Below, piece after piece: positions 63,840-64,000 of a DNA stretch of 64,000 nt. The notes beneath the pieces are model-generated. The model was not told the origin of the DNA and did no database searches. It was given only the letters and a program-made list of their open reading frames with translations. Both the position numbers and the translations under genes were made by a program. The stretch lies in the NCBI GenBank assembly GCA_002269645.1, contig NIVC01002632.1:1-64000 (forward strand). The letters run 5' to 3'. Source of the DNA: Macrostomum lignano (taxonomy: Eukaryota). Numbering within the stretch: position 1 is the first letter of the stretch; each line of letters starts with the position of its first letter.

Positions 63840-64000
63840 CTTCAATACTCCTCTCTCATCTCCTCTCTCCACTCTCCTCTCTCCTCTCTCCTTTCTCCTT
63901 TCTCTTCTCTCCTTTCTCCTCTCTCCTCTCTCTTCTCTCCTTTCTCCTCTCTCTTCTCTCCTTTCTCCTTTCTCTTCTCTCCTCTCTCCTCTCTCCTCAA
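63840..64000. repeat. CT-rich polypyrimidine low-complexity repeat running off the window end
   Basis: Almost exclusively C/T, CTCCTTTCTCTT-like units. Confidence 0.9.

Noticed and set aside
60200-64000. Short ORFs (60308, 61583, 61805, 63358, 63440)
   Set aside because: AT-rich, no domain motifs, and no consistent exon chain.

Overview
Eukaryotic, invertebrate-like genomic DNA with spliceosomal GT-AG introns. GC-rich low-complexity exons, minisatellite-filled introns and a TRAF expansion suggest a free-living flatworm such as Macrostomum; this is inference only. The ORF track misses the splicing, and many of its ORFs are translated tandem repeats. Layout: (1) 1-3.3 kb minisatellite arrays. 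(2) 4-21 kb immune-like cluster: a ~6.3 kb tandem duplication, each copy with a MATH-less TRAF-like zinc-finger gene, a frameshifted signal peptide-PAN-C-type lectin gene and a 5'-truncated RTE LINE, followed by two more TRAF-like paralogs, one with a predicted transmembrane helix. (3) 21-38.5 kb minus-strand run of ANAPC2, TMEM208 and an uncharacterised papain-like (C39/BIVM-like) gene, in which every long intron carries its own unrelated tandem repeat. (4) 38.5-50 kb CpG-depleted AT-rich block and a three-level transposon nest (mariner > hAT with a long open transposase frame > mariner MITE). (5) 54-58 kb head-to-head pair of an unknown all-helical protein and a divergent alpha-SNAP paralog, plus a chimeric SNAP fragment. 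(6) 59-64 kb repeats and a Tc1-like deletion derivative. All exon boundaries were called by eye from splice consensus and frame continuity; no database search was run.
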